Shown here: positions 1 through 10,541 of the stretch, in pieces | Layout of the letters: each line of letters starts with the position of its first letter | How positions within the stretch are numbered: the stretch's first letter is position 1 | Assembly: GCA_035492855.1 (NCBI GenBank) | Contig: DATJIU010000012.1 | Span: forward strand, 3,053 to 67,052 | From: Dongiaceae bacterium | Lineage (GTDB): Bacteria > Verrucomicrobiota > Verrucomicrobiia > Limisphaerales > JAFMIX01 | DNA length: 64,000 nucleotides | Direction: 5' to 3' | Translations under genes and position numbers: made by a program | Notes under the pieces: generated by a model | Database searches by the model: none | Seen by the model: the letters and a program-made list of their open reading frames with translations, nothing else | Told to the model about the DNA's origin: nothing

Positions 1-302
1 CCAACGGAGCGGCGTATGACGTGCCGTACCGGACGTTGGTGCCGCGCGGGCGGCGGGAGGTCTGGGTGGCGGGACGCTGTTTCAGCGCCACGCACGAAGC
101 GCATGCATCCTGCCGGTCCATGGCCCAGACAATGGCCATGGGGCAGGCCGTCGGCACGGCGGCGGCGCTGTCGTTGCGGGCGGGAGGAGAAGATTTGGCG
201 GTGGGAGAATTGCAGGCACAACTGCGGCGCGACGGCGCCATCCTGGAATTTCCCGAGAAGCCTGCCACCACCAGGGCAGACGGCTGGAGGGCGAACTTAT
301 GA
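1..302 (+). CDS. FAD-dependent oxidoreductase, C-terminal fragment (gene begins upstream of window)
   Basis: The frame of ORF 21..302 stays open back to position 3 (NGAAYDVPYRTLVPRG...). 'YDVPYRTLVP' and 'GRCFSATHEAHASCRSMAQTMAMGQAVGTAAAL' resemble the C-terminal part of the FAD_oxidored-type family. The stop overlaps the next start (ATGA, 299-302). Confidence 0.6.
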   Translation, partial: NGAAYDVPYRTLVPRGRREVWVAGRCFSATHEAHASCRSMAQTMAMGQAVGTAAALSLRAGGEDLAVGELQAQLRRDGAILEFPEKPATTRADGWRANL

Positions 303-1263
303 GTTTTGTTCGCACCGTGCTGGGAGATATTCCGGCGCCGCAACTGGGGGTTTGCTACGCGCACGAGCATATCATCATTGACGCCAGCCTGCCGACCCAA
401 CAGCAGCCGGATTTTCTGCTGGCTGACACGGAGGTGGCGGTGCGGGAACTGGCGGACTTTCATCGCGCCGGTGGCCGGGCGATGGTGGATTCGATGCCAT
501 GCGATTGCGGGCGCAATGTGCTCAAGCTCGCGGAAATATCCCGGCGGACGGGAGTACACATTGTCGCCCCGACCGGTTTGCATCTGGAAAAATATTACGA
601 TCCGGGACACTGGAGCAGGCATTACACGGAGGCGGAGCTGGCAGCATTATTCATTGCAGACATTGAGGAGGGCATTGATGCGCGGGATTACGGCGGGCCG
701 TTGGTACAACGCACGGCCAGCCGGGCCGGAGTGATCAAAGTGGCCACGGGGGAAGTCATCACAGCGCGGGAAGAAAAGATCTTCGCGGCGGCGGCGGCGG
801 CCCATCGGAAAACCGGATGCCCCATCCTGACCCACACCGAGCAGGGGAGGCTGGCGTTGGAGCAAATTGTGATGTTGCAACGGCACGGGGTGAACCTGCA
901 ACATGTCTGTCTCTCCCACACGGATCGCCGGCCGGAGGTGTCGTATCACCGGGAGATCCTGACCACAGGGGTAAAGGTGGAATTCGACAGCGCCTTCCGC
1001 TGGAAGCCGGGGCCGGGGAATCCCACCCGGGAGCTGATGTTGGCGTTGCTCGAGGAATTTCCCACGCAGATCATGCTCGGCATGGATGCCGCGCGCCGCA
1101 GTTACTGGCGGCACCTTGGCGGCGGACCGGGACTCGACTTCCTTCTGGTTACCTGGCAGCCGGAATTACGGCGGCACGGGGTAAGTGATTTGCAGTTGCA
1201 GAACATTTTTGTGACGAACCCGGCGGCGACCTATTCTTTTGCAACCAACCTTGCGCCCGAATC

Positions 1264-1267
<4 letters not shown>
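299..1267 (+). CDS. Phosphotriesterase-related (PTER/Php family) amidohydrolase-fold hydrolase
   Basis: 322 aa. N-terminal 'LGVCYAHEHIIID' metal-binding HxH motif, and later 'PILTHTE' and 'LSHTD' His/Asp motifs typical of the PTER TIM-barrel family. 4-nt ATGA overlaps at both ends. Confidence 0.8.
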
Positions 1268-2331
<1,064 letters not shown>

Positions 2332-2343
2332 CCAGCCTTTGGC

Positions 2344-3465
2344 ATGACCCGGAGCAAACGCAATTACGAGCTTGCGGCAAAACCGGCGGACCGGATTTTT
2401 CCGGCGCCGCGGCTGCCGTACGAGCCGCCCCAACCCCGGCGCTATCCCCCGAAGATTGGGCTGATTGGCTGTGGGGGCATTACGGCGTCCCATCTCCGGG
2501 CTTATCGCGCGGCCAACTGGAGCGTGGTGGCGATGTGTGACCGGAATCTGGCCGCCGCCGAATTGCGCCGGCGGGAATTCTATCCCCAGGCTCAGGTTTA
2601 TCAGGACTATCGCCAGTTGCTCGCCCGGCCCGATGTGGACGTGGTGGATATTGCGCTGCATCCCGAACCACGGGCGGCGGTGATTGCGGCGGCGTTAAAC
2701 GCGGGCAAACATGTGCTCAGCCAGAAACCGTTCGTGCTGGATCTGGACGTGGGCAAACGGTTGGTGGCTCTGGCCCGGAGGCGGAAACGTTTGCTCGCAG
2801 TGAACCAGAATGGTCGCTGGGCGCCCTATTTCAGTTATCTGTACCAGGCGGTTCGGGCCGGGTGCGTCGGAGACGTGCAAACCGTGAGTATGCAACTCAA
2901 CTGGGACCACACCTGGATCAGAAACACCCCGTTTGAGAAAATGCCTCATGTCTTGCTCTACGATTTTGCGATTCATTGGTTTGATATGACGGCGCGATTT
3001 TTTCAGGACCGCAAGGCCCGGGCGGTATTTGCATTCAATGCTCGCGCGCCAGGTCAGAGCGTGAAACCGCCGTTGCTGGGTGGAGCGACTGTGGCCTTCG
3101 TGAATGGTATGGCCACGCTTCATTTTGATGCCCATTCCCGCTTTGATTCCCGGGAGAGCATCGGCATCACGGGCACCACCGGGACGTTGCGGGCTGAGGG
3201 AGCAATCTGCGCGGCACATCAGGTGACGCTGACCAACCGGCGAGGCATGGCCCGGCCGGAGTTGACGGGTAAGTGGTTTGACGACGGGTTTCGCGGGGCG
3301 ATGGGCGAGCTGTTGTGTGCCATCGAAACCGGGCGGACGCCTGCAAATGCTGCCGAAACCGTGCTGCCCGGCCTGGCCCTCTGTTTCGCTGCGGTGCAAT
3401 CCGCCCGTTGCGGTGAAGCGGTGGTTCCGGGGACGGTCCGGAAACTTAACAATGAATCGCCCTGA
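2344..3465 (+). CDS. Gfo/Idh/MocA family oxidoreductase
   Basis: 373 aa. 'KIGLIGCGGITASHL' dinucleotide-binding loop and the 'LSQKPF' EKP-like motif. Confidence 0.8.
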   Translation: MTRSKRNYELAAKPADRIFPAPRLPYEPPQPRRYPPKIGLIGCGGITASHLRAYRAANWSVVAMCDRNLAAAELRRREFYPQAQVYQDYRQLLARPDVDVVDIALHPEPRAAVIAAALNAGKHVLSQKPFVLDLDVGKRLVALARRRKRLLAVNQNGRWAPYFSYLYQAVRAGCVGDVQTVSMQLNWDHTWIRNTPFEKMPHVLLYDFAIHWFDMTARFFQDRKARAVFAFNARAPGQSVKPPLLGGATVAFVNGMATLHFDAHSRFDSRESIGITGTTGTLRAEGAICAAHQVTLTNRRGMARPELTGKWFDDGFRGAMGELLCAIETGRTPANAAETVLPGLALCFAAVQSARCGEAVVPGTVRKLNNESP

Positions 3466-3467
3466 CG

Positions 3468-6400
3468 GTGGTGAAGAATCAAGACCAGGCAACGAAGCCA
3501 AAAATTATGCAAACCAACCTGAAACAAACGCGGGTAAAATCCATCGCCATGCGTCCTTTGTCTTCCCGGGCTGATGAGGGAGGGGGGGCCGTTCCGTTCT
3601 GGCTGATAGTGCTAGCGCTGTGGTTAACCCCTGCCGTCGGAAATGCCAGTGACTATTTTAACCGCGGCGGCATGATCGACATCGTTTCCTCCAGCCATCA
3701 GGACACCGCCTGGATGGACACTCCCGCCGCCTGCCGGAAATTCCGCATCGAGCACAACATCATGCCCGCCCTGGAAATGATGCGCAAAGATCCCAACTAC
3801 ACCTTTTGCATGGAATGCACCCTGCACCTGATGGAGTTTTTGGACGCGCATCCGGAGTTACGTGAGGAAGTGGCAACGCGGATGCAGGAAGGCCGGCTGG
3901 AATTTGGCGCCACCTACAACCAGCCTTACGAATCCTGGCTTTCCGGCGAGGAATTGATCCGAGAAACCTATTATGGCCGGCGTTGGGTCCGCAAAAACCT
4001 GCCGGGATGCGACGCCCGGGTGGCCTTCAATCCCGATCCGCCCGCCCGTTCGCTGCAAATGCAGCAGATTCTGGCCCGGGCTGGCATTCCCTACATGTTC
4101 ATCAGCCGTTATCATGAAGGGTTATACCGCTGGAACAGCCCCGATGGCAGCGGGGTGTTGCTCTACACTCCCGGGCATTATGGCAATCATCTGCCCATGC
4201 TATCCGGGGCACCGGAGCAGGGCGTTGTCGCCATTTCCAAAAAGCTGGGGCAACTGGACTCCTATTATGAAACGCGCCAAATTGCGCCGGTCCTGTGCCT
4301 GATCAATTCCCAGGACTTCTCGCGGCCGACCGACTTCGCCCCATTGATCAAAGCCTGGGAGGCGCAACCCGGTGCACACCCCGGCATGCAGTATTCTTCT
4401 ATTCTCAATTTTTTTAAATCCATTGACCGGTCGGCTACCAAGTTTGACACCTTGATGGGCGAAAGGCCCGATGTCTGGCTTTACATTACCGGCCCGACCC
4501 ATCATGAAACTTCAACGCTAAAACGTGAGGCCGCGCAGCTTCTGCCAGCGGCGGAAACCTTCACCACATTTGCCAGCCTGCTGGCCGGCAGTTTTAACGA
4601 CTGGCCGACGCAAACCTTTGACCGGGCCTGGATGGATGAACTCTACATTGACCATGGCATTGGCGGCATGAACGGTCATATCACGGATGAAGTTTTCCGC
4701 CAGAAAGTCCAATCGGCGCGCGACACCGGACGGGCCTTGCTTGACAAAGCTTTGCATGCCATTGCCGCCCGGATAAAAGCCACCCCGGCCCAGGGCACGC
4801 CGGTAACCGTCTTTAACACGCTTTCGTGGTCACGAACCGGTCCGGTGGAACTTGATGTGCCGGGGTCCGGTCCGGTCCATGTGGTGGACGATACGGGAGC
4901 GGCAGTACCCTGCCAGATGACCACATTGGGTGTGCCGGACGAAACCAACGTGGCCGCCGGAGCCGTGGTCACCGCTGACTCCACCTACAGTGCTGCATAC
5001 GGGGCCGAAAAGGCGGTGGACGGGCGTTGGAATGTCCGGGATCCCAATCCGGAAACCGGCAGTTCCGCGAAATGGAATTCCGGTCCGGCCAACCAGCCGC
5101 ACTGGCTGATCCTGGATTTGGGCAAACCGGAAATCATCCACAAGGTGGTGATCTGGCATGAAGGGGCGCTCGGGGCGTTTGGGGGCGAGACGCAATATAA
5201 CACCGTGGATTTCCAAATCCAGAGTGCGGACACTGCCGCGGGACCCTGGACTGATTTGGTGCCGCCGATCGCCGGCAACACCGCATCGTGTACCACCCAT
5301 ACCTTTGCCCCGAAAGCGGTGCGGTTCCTCCGGGTCTATATCACCAAAGGAGCGCAGCATGATAACTATGCCCGGATTTATGAAGTGCAGGCGTTTGCCC
5401 GGACCGTTCCGGTCCCACGCCTGTTGTTTCTGGCGGATAACGTCTCGGCATTGGGCTATAAAACCTACCATCTGGTGCCGGGTGCGCCGCCGATCCGGAC
5501 GGATATGCCGCTGCAAAATGACTTTTATCGGGTGGAACTGGCGCCCGGCGGCATTAAGAGCCTGTTTGACAAGCAGCTCAACCGCGAGCTGCTCAGCACC
5601 GGCAAGTTCCTGGGAGGCGAAGTGTTCACCATGCTCTCCGTGGCACCAGAAAATCGCGGGGCGGGCACCGACGCCGGCGAGTTCGGCACGATTCCATTGC
5701 CAGTGATGGACGCGAGTTTTGATCGCGTGGCCAGCCATCACCCGGATTGGAAACCGCTGGAGACCGGTCCGGTGCGGACTGTGTATGAATTGACGCAACC
5801 GCTTGCCGATACCACCGTCCGGCAGCGGGTGATTCTATGGCATCCGATTAAGCGGGTGGATTTCGAAGTGGACCTGGTCGGATTCTCCGGCCGGTTGTGG
5901 CGGGAGTTTCGGATGGCCCTGCCGCTGGCCTTGGAACAGCCGAAGCTGGCCTATGAAGTGCCATTGGGGGTGGTTGAAATTGGCAAGGACGAAATTCCCG
6001 GCACCGGCGGCCCGGCCTACGGCGGACTGAACTATACCGACCGGTGCCGGGACATTCATCCGCGGGTGGTACAGGATTTTATTAATGCCAATGACGCGCA
6101 AGGAGGGCTAACCCTGAGCTCCAGCGTGGCGGTGTTTGACTGGATTGATCCGACCACCAATACCGTCGCCTATCCGGTGCTCCAGCCGGTGTTGCTGGCA
6201 TCGCGCAAAAGCTGCAATGGTGCGGGCAACTGGTATCCCCAGGCCGGCGATCATCATTACCGGTTTCCGCTGACATCGGGGCCGGGGGACTGGCGCTCCC
6301 GCTGGCGGGAAGGCATTGCCGCGAATCATCCGTTGGTGCCGGTGCTGGTCCGACCGGAAGCCAATGCGACCCTGCCCGCTGAAATGAGCTTCGCTTCGGT

Positions 6401-6647
6401 TTCGGCGGCGAATGTTGTCATCAGCGCAGTCAAGAAATGTGAGGACGACAACCAGGTAATCGTCCGCTGCTACGACATGGAAGGAAAGGACGCCACCGTG
6501 CGACTCAAGTTGTTTGCGCCGGTGACGGCGGCGAAGCATACCAGCCTCATCGAGGACGAAGGTTCGGCCCTGTCGGTAAGCGGAGATGCGGTGGATATCC
6601 CACTGGGCCATCATGCGATTGAGACCATCAAGCTCCAGGTGAATTGA
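3468..6647 (+). CDS. GH38-like alpha-mannosidase with an inserted F5/8 type C (discoidin) domain, secreted
   Basis: 1059-aa ORF. 'SSSHQDTAWMD' (H.D..W) and 'AFNPDPPARSLQMQQILARAGIPYMFISR' parallel the GH38 N-domain motifs. A discoidin-like block runs from 'AEKAVDGRWN...' to '...ARIYEVQAF'. The hydrophobic signal segment is 'FWLIVLALWLTPAVGNA'. The start is uncertain: GTG 3468, ATG 3507 or ATG 3549. Confidence 0.7.
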   Translation: MVKNQDQATKPKIMQTNLKQTRVKSIAMRPLSSRADEGGGAVPFWLIVLALWLTPAVGNASDYFNRGGMIDIVSSSHQDTAWMDTPAACRKFRIEHNIMPALEMMRKDPNYTFCMECTLHLMEFLDAHPELREEVATRMQEGRLEFGATYNQPYESWLSGEELIRETYYGRRWVRKNLPGCDARVAFNPDPPARSLQMQQILARAGIPYMFISRYHEGLYRWNSPDGSGVLLYTPGHYGNHLPMLSGAPEQGVVAISKKLGQLDSYYETRQIAPVLCLINSQDFSRPTDFAPLIKAWEAQPGAHPGMQYSSILNFFKSIDRSATKFDTLMGERPDVWLYITGPTHHETSTLKREAAQLLPAAETFTTFASLLAGSFNDWPTQTFDRAWMDELYIDHGIGGMNGHITDEVFRQKVQSARDTGRALLDKALHAIAARIKATPAQGTPVTVFNTLSWSRTGPVELDVPGSGPVHVVDDTGAAVPCQMTTLGVPDETNVAAGAVVTADSTYSAAYGAEKAVDGRWNVRDPNPETGSSAKWNSGPANQPHWLILDLGKPEIIHKVVIWHEGALGAFGGETQYNTVDFQIQSADTAAGPWTDLVPPIAGNTASCTTHTFAPKAVRFLRVYITKGAQHDNYARIYEVQAFARTVPVPRLLFLADNVSALGYKTYHLVPGAPPIRTDMPLQNDFYRVELAPGGIKSLFDKQLNRELLSTGKFLGGEVFTMLSVAPENRGAGTDAGEFGTIPLPVMDASFDRVASHHPDWKPLETGPVRTVYELTQPLADTTVRQRVILWHPIKRVDFEVDLVGFSGRLWREFRMALPLALEQPKLAYEVPLGVVEIGKDEIPGTGGPAYGGLNYTDRCRDIHPRVVQDFINANDAQGGLTLSSSVAVFDWIDPTTNTVAYPVLQPVLLASRKSCNGAGNWYPQAGDHHYRFPLTSGPGDWRSRWREGIAANHPLVPVLVRPEANATLPAEMSFASVSAANVVISAVKKCEDDNQVIVRCYDMEGKDATVRLKLFAPVTAAKHTSLIEDEGSALSVSGDAVDIPLGHHAIETIKLQVN

Positions 6648-6648
6648 C

Positions 6649-6675
6649 CCGGGAATGATTCCGGAGGAGTTTTTT
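6649..6675 (+). terminator. Candidate intrinsic terminator after the GH38-like gene
   Basis: Imperfect hairpin CCGGGAAT-g-ATTCCGG (one bulged G), followed 5 nt later by TTTTTT (6670-6675), directly after the stop at 6647. Confidence 0.45.
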
Positions 6676-6726
6676 GCGGGGAAATAGGATTGCTTCCTCC
6701 CTGCTATCCCCTGTTATCGTCTGCCA

Positions 6727-7236
6727 ATGAAAGCAGTGCGGCGACCCGGCCGGCTCGGAGTTTATGCGGGCAGTTTTGATCCGCTCACTATCGGCCATCT
6801 CTGGATGATCGAGCAAGGGGTGCGGCTGTTTGACGACCTGGTCGTGGCCGTGGGCGTCAACCCGGACAAGCACTACACCTTTTCCCTGGCGGACCGGCTG
6901 GCGATGCTCAAGGAATCCACGGTGAACCTGCCCAACCATCGCGTGGCATCATTCTCCAATCTGTATCTCATTGATTATGCCCAGTCAGTCGGGGCAACGC
7001 ACATCCTCCGGGGCATCCGCTCCGGGGGCGACTACGAGTTCGAGCGCACCATGCGGAATATCAACGGCGATTTCGACGACCGCATCTGTTCGGTGTTCCT
7101 GATGCCGCCCCGCGACATCGCCGAGGTCAGTTCCAGCATGGTCAAGGAATTGATCGGGCCCAAGGGGTGGGGAAAGATCGTGCGCAAGTATGTTCCGCCT
7201 CCGGTTTATCGCCGGCTGGTGCGGCTGCATCAGTGA
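6727..7236 (+). CDS. coaD: Phosphopantetheine adenylyltransferase
   Basis: 169 aa. 'GVYAGSFDPLTIGHLWMIEQG' (the nucleotidyltransferase HxGH-type motif), 'ILRGIR' and 'SSSMVKEL' match CoaD. Confidence 0.9.
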   Translation: MKAVRRPGRLGVYAGSFDPLTIGHLWMIEQGVRLFDDLVVAVGVNPDKHYTFSLADRLAMLKESTVNLPNHRVASFSNLYLIDYAQSVGATHILRGIRSGGDYEFERTMRNINGDFDDRICSVFLMPPRDIAEVSSSMVKELIGPKGWGKIVRKYVPPPVYRRLVRLHQ

Positions 7237-7886
7237 ATGCCGCGAGTCCAGAACGGTGGGTGCAACTTTGGCATCGGTTAGCGCCCGGGAAAATCCCTGC
7301 CAATGGTTTTGAGCGTCTGATGGCATTGTATTCCGAACCGCACCGGCATTATCACAATCTGCGGCATATCAGCGACTGCCTGATGGAATTTGACCGGCTG
7401 GCGGCACTGGCCCGGGAGCCGCTCGCAGTGGAACTGGCCATCTGGTTTCACGACGCTGTCTATGACCCTCGCGCGGGCGACAACGAAGAGCGTAGCGCGC
7501 TACTGGCCCGGGAGTGGTTGCGTGAGGCTGGGGCGGGACCCGCTTTGCCGGAATCCGTGAGCCAGTTGGTGCTGGCCACCAAAGCACATGGTGGCACGCT
7601 GCATGCCGATGCCCCCTTGCTGGTGGATATCGATTTGAGCATTTTGGGCCAGCTGCCCGGGCGGTTTTGGGAATATGAGGAGCAGATCCGCCGGGAATAC
7701 GACTGGGTGTCGGTTGCTGTTTTTTGTCAGAAGCGGGCGGAAATTCTCGAAGGATTTCTGGAGCGCGGACGGATTTACCTGACGGACGTTGTCATCGGGG
7801 AACGGGAAGCTCTGGCGCGGGAGAACCTGCGGACATCTGTCGCGCGGTTGAAAAGGCGATCCTTTTGGTTAGCCAATAAATATTAA
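7233..7886 (+). CDS. HD-superfamily metal-dependent phosphohydrolase (COG4339-like)
   Basis: 'RHYHNLRHISDCL' and 'AIWFHDAVYDP' H...HD motifs. I placed the start at the in-frame GTG 7233, which overlaps the coaD stop (GTGA). The ORF-track start at 7167 would lie inside coaD. Confidence 0.65.
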   Translation: MNAASPERWVQLWHRLAPGKIPANGFERLMALYSEPHRHYHNLRHISDCLMEFDRLAALAREPLAVELAIWFHDAVYDPRAGDNEERSALLAREWLREAGAGPALPESVSQLVLATKAHGGTLHADAPLLVDIDLSILGQLPGRFWEYEEQIRREYDWVSVAVFCQKRAEILEGFLERGRIYLTDVVIGEREALARENLRTSVARLKRRSFWLANKY

Positions 7887-8033
7887 CACGTTGTTAGATT
7901 CCTTTTATCTTTCCGGTCGCCAGATTGCTGCCTGATTTGGTTGGATGACTCGCCCGGCGGATCGCCCCAAGGAGGCTGGAACACCTTTTTTTGGCGGATG
8001 TTGGATTGGTAGTTCTTTCGAGGTCCGTCAGGA

Positions 8034-10541
8034 TTAGTTCCGAGCCGTGCCCGAGCGTTCCGCGGTGTTGGTTCCGCGAGTCTCCTCAGACGGCTCCGGC
8101 CAACTCGCGCGGTATTCATCCTGATACAGGCCGATTTCCGTCACGGGAATGGGATGAAAACCGATCCGGCCGATGACTTCGGCATCCGGTTTCAAGCGAA
8201 AATCACCCTGGGCGGCATTTACAAAACCCGGGTCGCCCGTGGCATATTCCGCGTTGGCCAGCCGGTCAAACTTGTCGGCGGCCGGCTGGCCGTAGGTGGT
8301 GAAGAGCGGTCCACATTTCCAGAAAATGTTCCGCCACGCGTGATTCAAACCCGGCGGCTTCGCCAGCTGCCGCAGGCCGGGATACCGCTCCAGATACCGG
8401 GCGGATATGAGGAAATCAGGTTGTTGTCCCACCAGTTTCCACCGGACGTTTTGCGGATCATAGTTTCCTGTGATCCCCTTTTCGCATTCGGCAAAAATGT
8501 TGTTTTCGATGATGTTGTCCCGGCCGCCGTTGATGTTGACCCCGCCGAAGCTTTGGGCGGCATGGTAAAAAATATTGCCGTATACGACAGTACCGCTGAT
8601 CACGTCGTCCAACCGGATGCCCGCCCGCATGAGATTCCCTTCCGGGCGGGGTTGCGGCCCAATGTCCGCCATCAAATTATAACGCAGCACATTGCCCTGA
8701 AAGGTGGGGTTGCCCCACGTTTCCATGGCCCCCTGATCCTCGCTTTCCAGCACCACATGATCCATCTGGTTGTATTCCATGAGGAGCTCATTGCCATCGA
8801 ACCGGATGGCGCTAGACGGGCAGTCAAAGAAGCGGTTGTGCGCCGCCCGGATGCCCACTCCAGACATGCTGATGCCGGGTACATAGGTGCGATCCAGCCG
8901 GCCCAGGGAATACATCAGGCAGTTCTCCACAAAGTGCCGCGCCGGGGTGAGAGTCAGGCGATCGCCGCCAGTGACCTCCACCCCGCCCCGGCCGAGCCGA
9001 TACAAATCACAGCCCAGCACGCCATCCGCCCGGCCGCCGCGGATGAAGATGCCACTGCCTGCGAAACGCTTCACCGTGCAGCCTGCCACCAGACAATCCT
9101 CGCAAGCTTCGAGTGTCAGGCCATCGGTCCGGGAAAGGTCGAACCCGAGTCCTTCCAGCCGCACGTGGGAGACGTGGGAGAGGCAGACCATGAGGGTATC
9201 CAACCGGCCAATTTCCACCACCGCGCCGGCCGGTTCGGAAGGGGGATAAAGGTAAAGCACCCCGGAGGAGCGGTCCAAATACCATTCACCCGGCACATCC
9301 ATTTCTTCCAGCAGGTTGAAGGCGTAATATTTGATCCGACCATGGTTGAACCACGAAACCGCCCCCATCTTTCCGCCTAGCAAATCATACGGAGCGCAGG
9401 TGATTTGTTTTCGCGCCGGGTCAATGCCGCGTATCGGGAGCGTCCGGTCCGCCCAGCCACTGTTGAAATAGCCGAAAAGCCAGGCGTCCGGCGCATTGGT
9501 CCAGCGCGCCGGACGATCCTCCAGATAAACAAACACGGAGGGCTGCTGGTCGGCCACCGAACCGGGAGCGACGATTTTGCCGCCGTTGACAAACCCCGAA
9601 TTGGGCCACCGGGCCAGGGTCAGTGGATTGCCGTTGAAGAATAACTCCAACGTGGAGCCCGGTGGCTTGACGCCAAACCCACGCTCAGTCAGGGGACTGT
9701 AATTGGTGATGCCTGCCTGTTTGAGGTCGCATTGAAACACCTTGCCACGCGCTGCCGCGGGCAGCCGGTCGAGGATGGCTGCATTCGTGACGGGAGCCCA
9801 TCCGGTAAGCCGCTGCCCGCCGTAAAGCACTGCGGTGCCTGGCAGCTCTGCGCGATAAACTACCGGTGCCGCGGCGGTGCCAGAATCGGCCATGGTAAGT
9901 TCAAATGTCCGGTACACCGGATACTCCCCAGGCAGCAGATTGACGCAGACTGGCCCCGGCAGCACCCCTTGGGTCTTACGGGCGCGGATGGCATCCCGGG
10001 CCTGTTCCAAGGTGGCAAACGGCGCGGCCCGGGTACCGGGATTTGACCCGCGGCCCTGGGGAGACACGAAGTACTCAGCAGCAAAATGGGTGATCGGGGC
10101 AATCCGGGTCTGGGAGGCCAAGGCGTCCTGAGCCGGAAGCCCTCTTAACTTCCGGAGCAACTCGCGCTGACATTCGTCCGCTTCGAGGCGGTCTGATAGC
10201 GGGTAGGCGGCATGGTCCGAAATCACCTGGAATTCGGTTTGCGCGGCAGCGAGATTCGTTTCCGCGAGATAGCACTGGGCAATGCGCCAATGGGCGTAGT
10301 TCTGGAACTGGGGCTGGGTATCAGGCCCGGTCAACGCCTGCTGCCACAGCGTCCGCGCCGCGGCGAAATCATTCGTGGCCCACAACCGCGCCGTGTCCGC
10401 CAACAATACATTCAATTTCTGCTCCGGCCCGGGGGCTGTCCCCCGGGCGGGTTCCAACCACAATAGCACACCGAGGAATGCTCCGCTCAGCCAGCCCGGC
10501 GCAAGCCATCGGCGGAAACGATGGGGATCGGGTGTCTTCAT
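8034..10541 (-). CDS. Secreted right-handed parallel beta-helix protein with an N-terminal TPR-like segment
   Basis: 835 aa. Signal-like N-terminus 'WLSGAFLGVLLWLEPARG', TPR-like 'AHWRIAQCYLAETNLAAAQTEF', and repeated beta-helix turns ('GGRDNIIENNIFAECEKGITG', 'NRFFDCPSSAIRFDGN'). Confidence 0.7.
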   Translation of the reverse strand: MKTPDPHRFRRWLAPGWLSGAFLGVLLWLEPARGTAPGPEQKLNVLLADTARLWATNDFAAARTLWQQALTGPDTQPQFQNYAHWRIAQCYLAETNLAAAQTEFQVISDHAAYPLSDRLEADECQRELLRKLRGLPAQDALASQTRIAPITHFAAEYFVSPQGRGSNPGTRAAPFATLEQARDAIRARKTQGVLPGPVCVNLLPGEYPVYRTFELTMADSGTAAAPVVYRAELPGTAVLYGGQRLTGWAPVTNAAILDRLPAAARGKVFQCDLKQAGITNYSPLTERGFGVKPPGSTLELFFNGNPLTLARWPNSGFVNGGKIVAPGSVADQQPSVFVYLEDRPARWTNAPDAWLFGYFNSGWADRTLPIRGIDPARKQITCAPYDLLGGKMGAVSWFNHGRIKYYAFNLLEEMDVPGEWYLDRSSGVLYLYPPSEPAGAVVEIGRLDTLMVCLSHVSHVRLEGLGFDLSRTDGLTLEACEDCLVAGCTVKRFAGSGIFIRGGRADGVLGCDLYRLGRGGVEVTGGDRLTLTPARHFVENCLMYSLGRLDRTYVPGISMSGVGIRAAHNRFFDCPSSAIRFDGNELLMEYNQMDHVVLESEDQGAMETWGNPTFQGNVLRYNLMADIGPQPRPEGNLMRAGIRLDDVISGTVVYGNIFYHAAQSFGGVNINGGRDNIIENNIFAECEKGITGNYDPQNVRWKLVGQQPDFLISARYLERYPGLRQLAKPPGLNHAWRNIFWKCGPLFTTYGQPAADKFDRLANAEYATGDPGFVNAAQGDFRLKPDAEVIGRIGFHPIPVTEIGLYQDEYRASWPEPSEETRGTNTAERSGTARN

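Noticed and set aside
8154-9380. 408-aa plus-strand ORF. The same reasoning applies to 11976-13400, 14774-15748, 28281-29336, 29442-30416 and 42558-43541 on their respective opposite strands.
   Set aside because: These are shadow ORFs opposite the beta-helix, GH2, esterase and GH78-type genes. The judgement rests on composition and on the presence of family motifs in the other strand.
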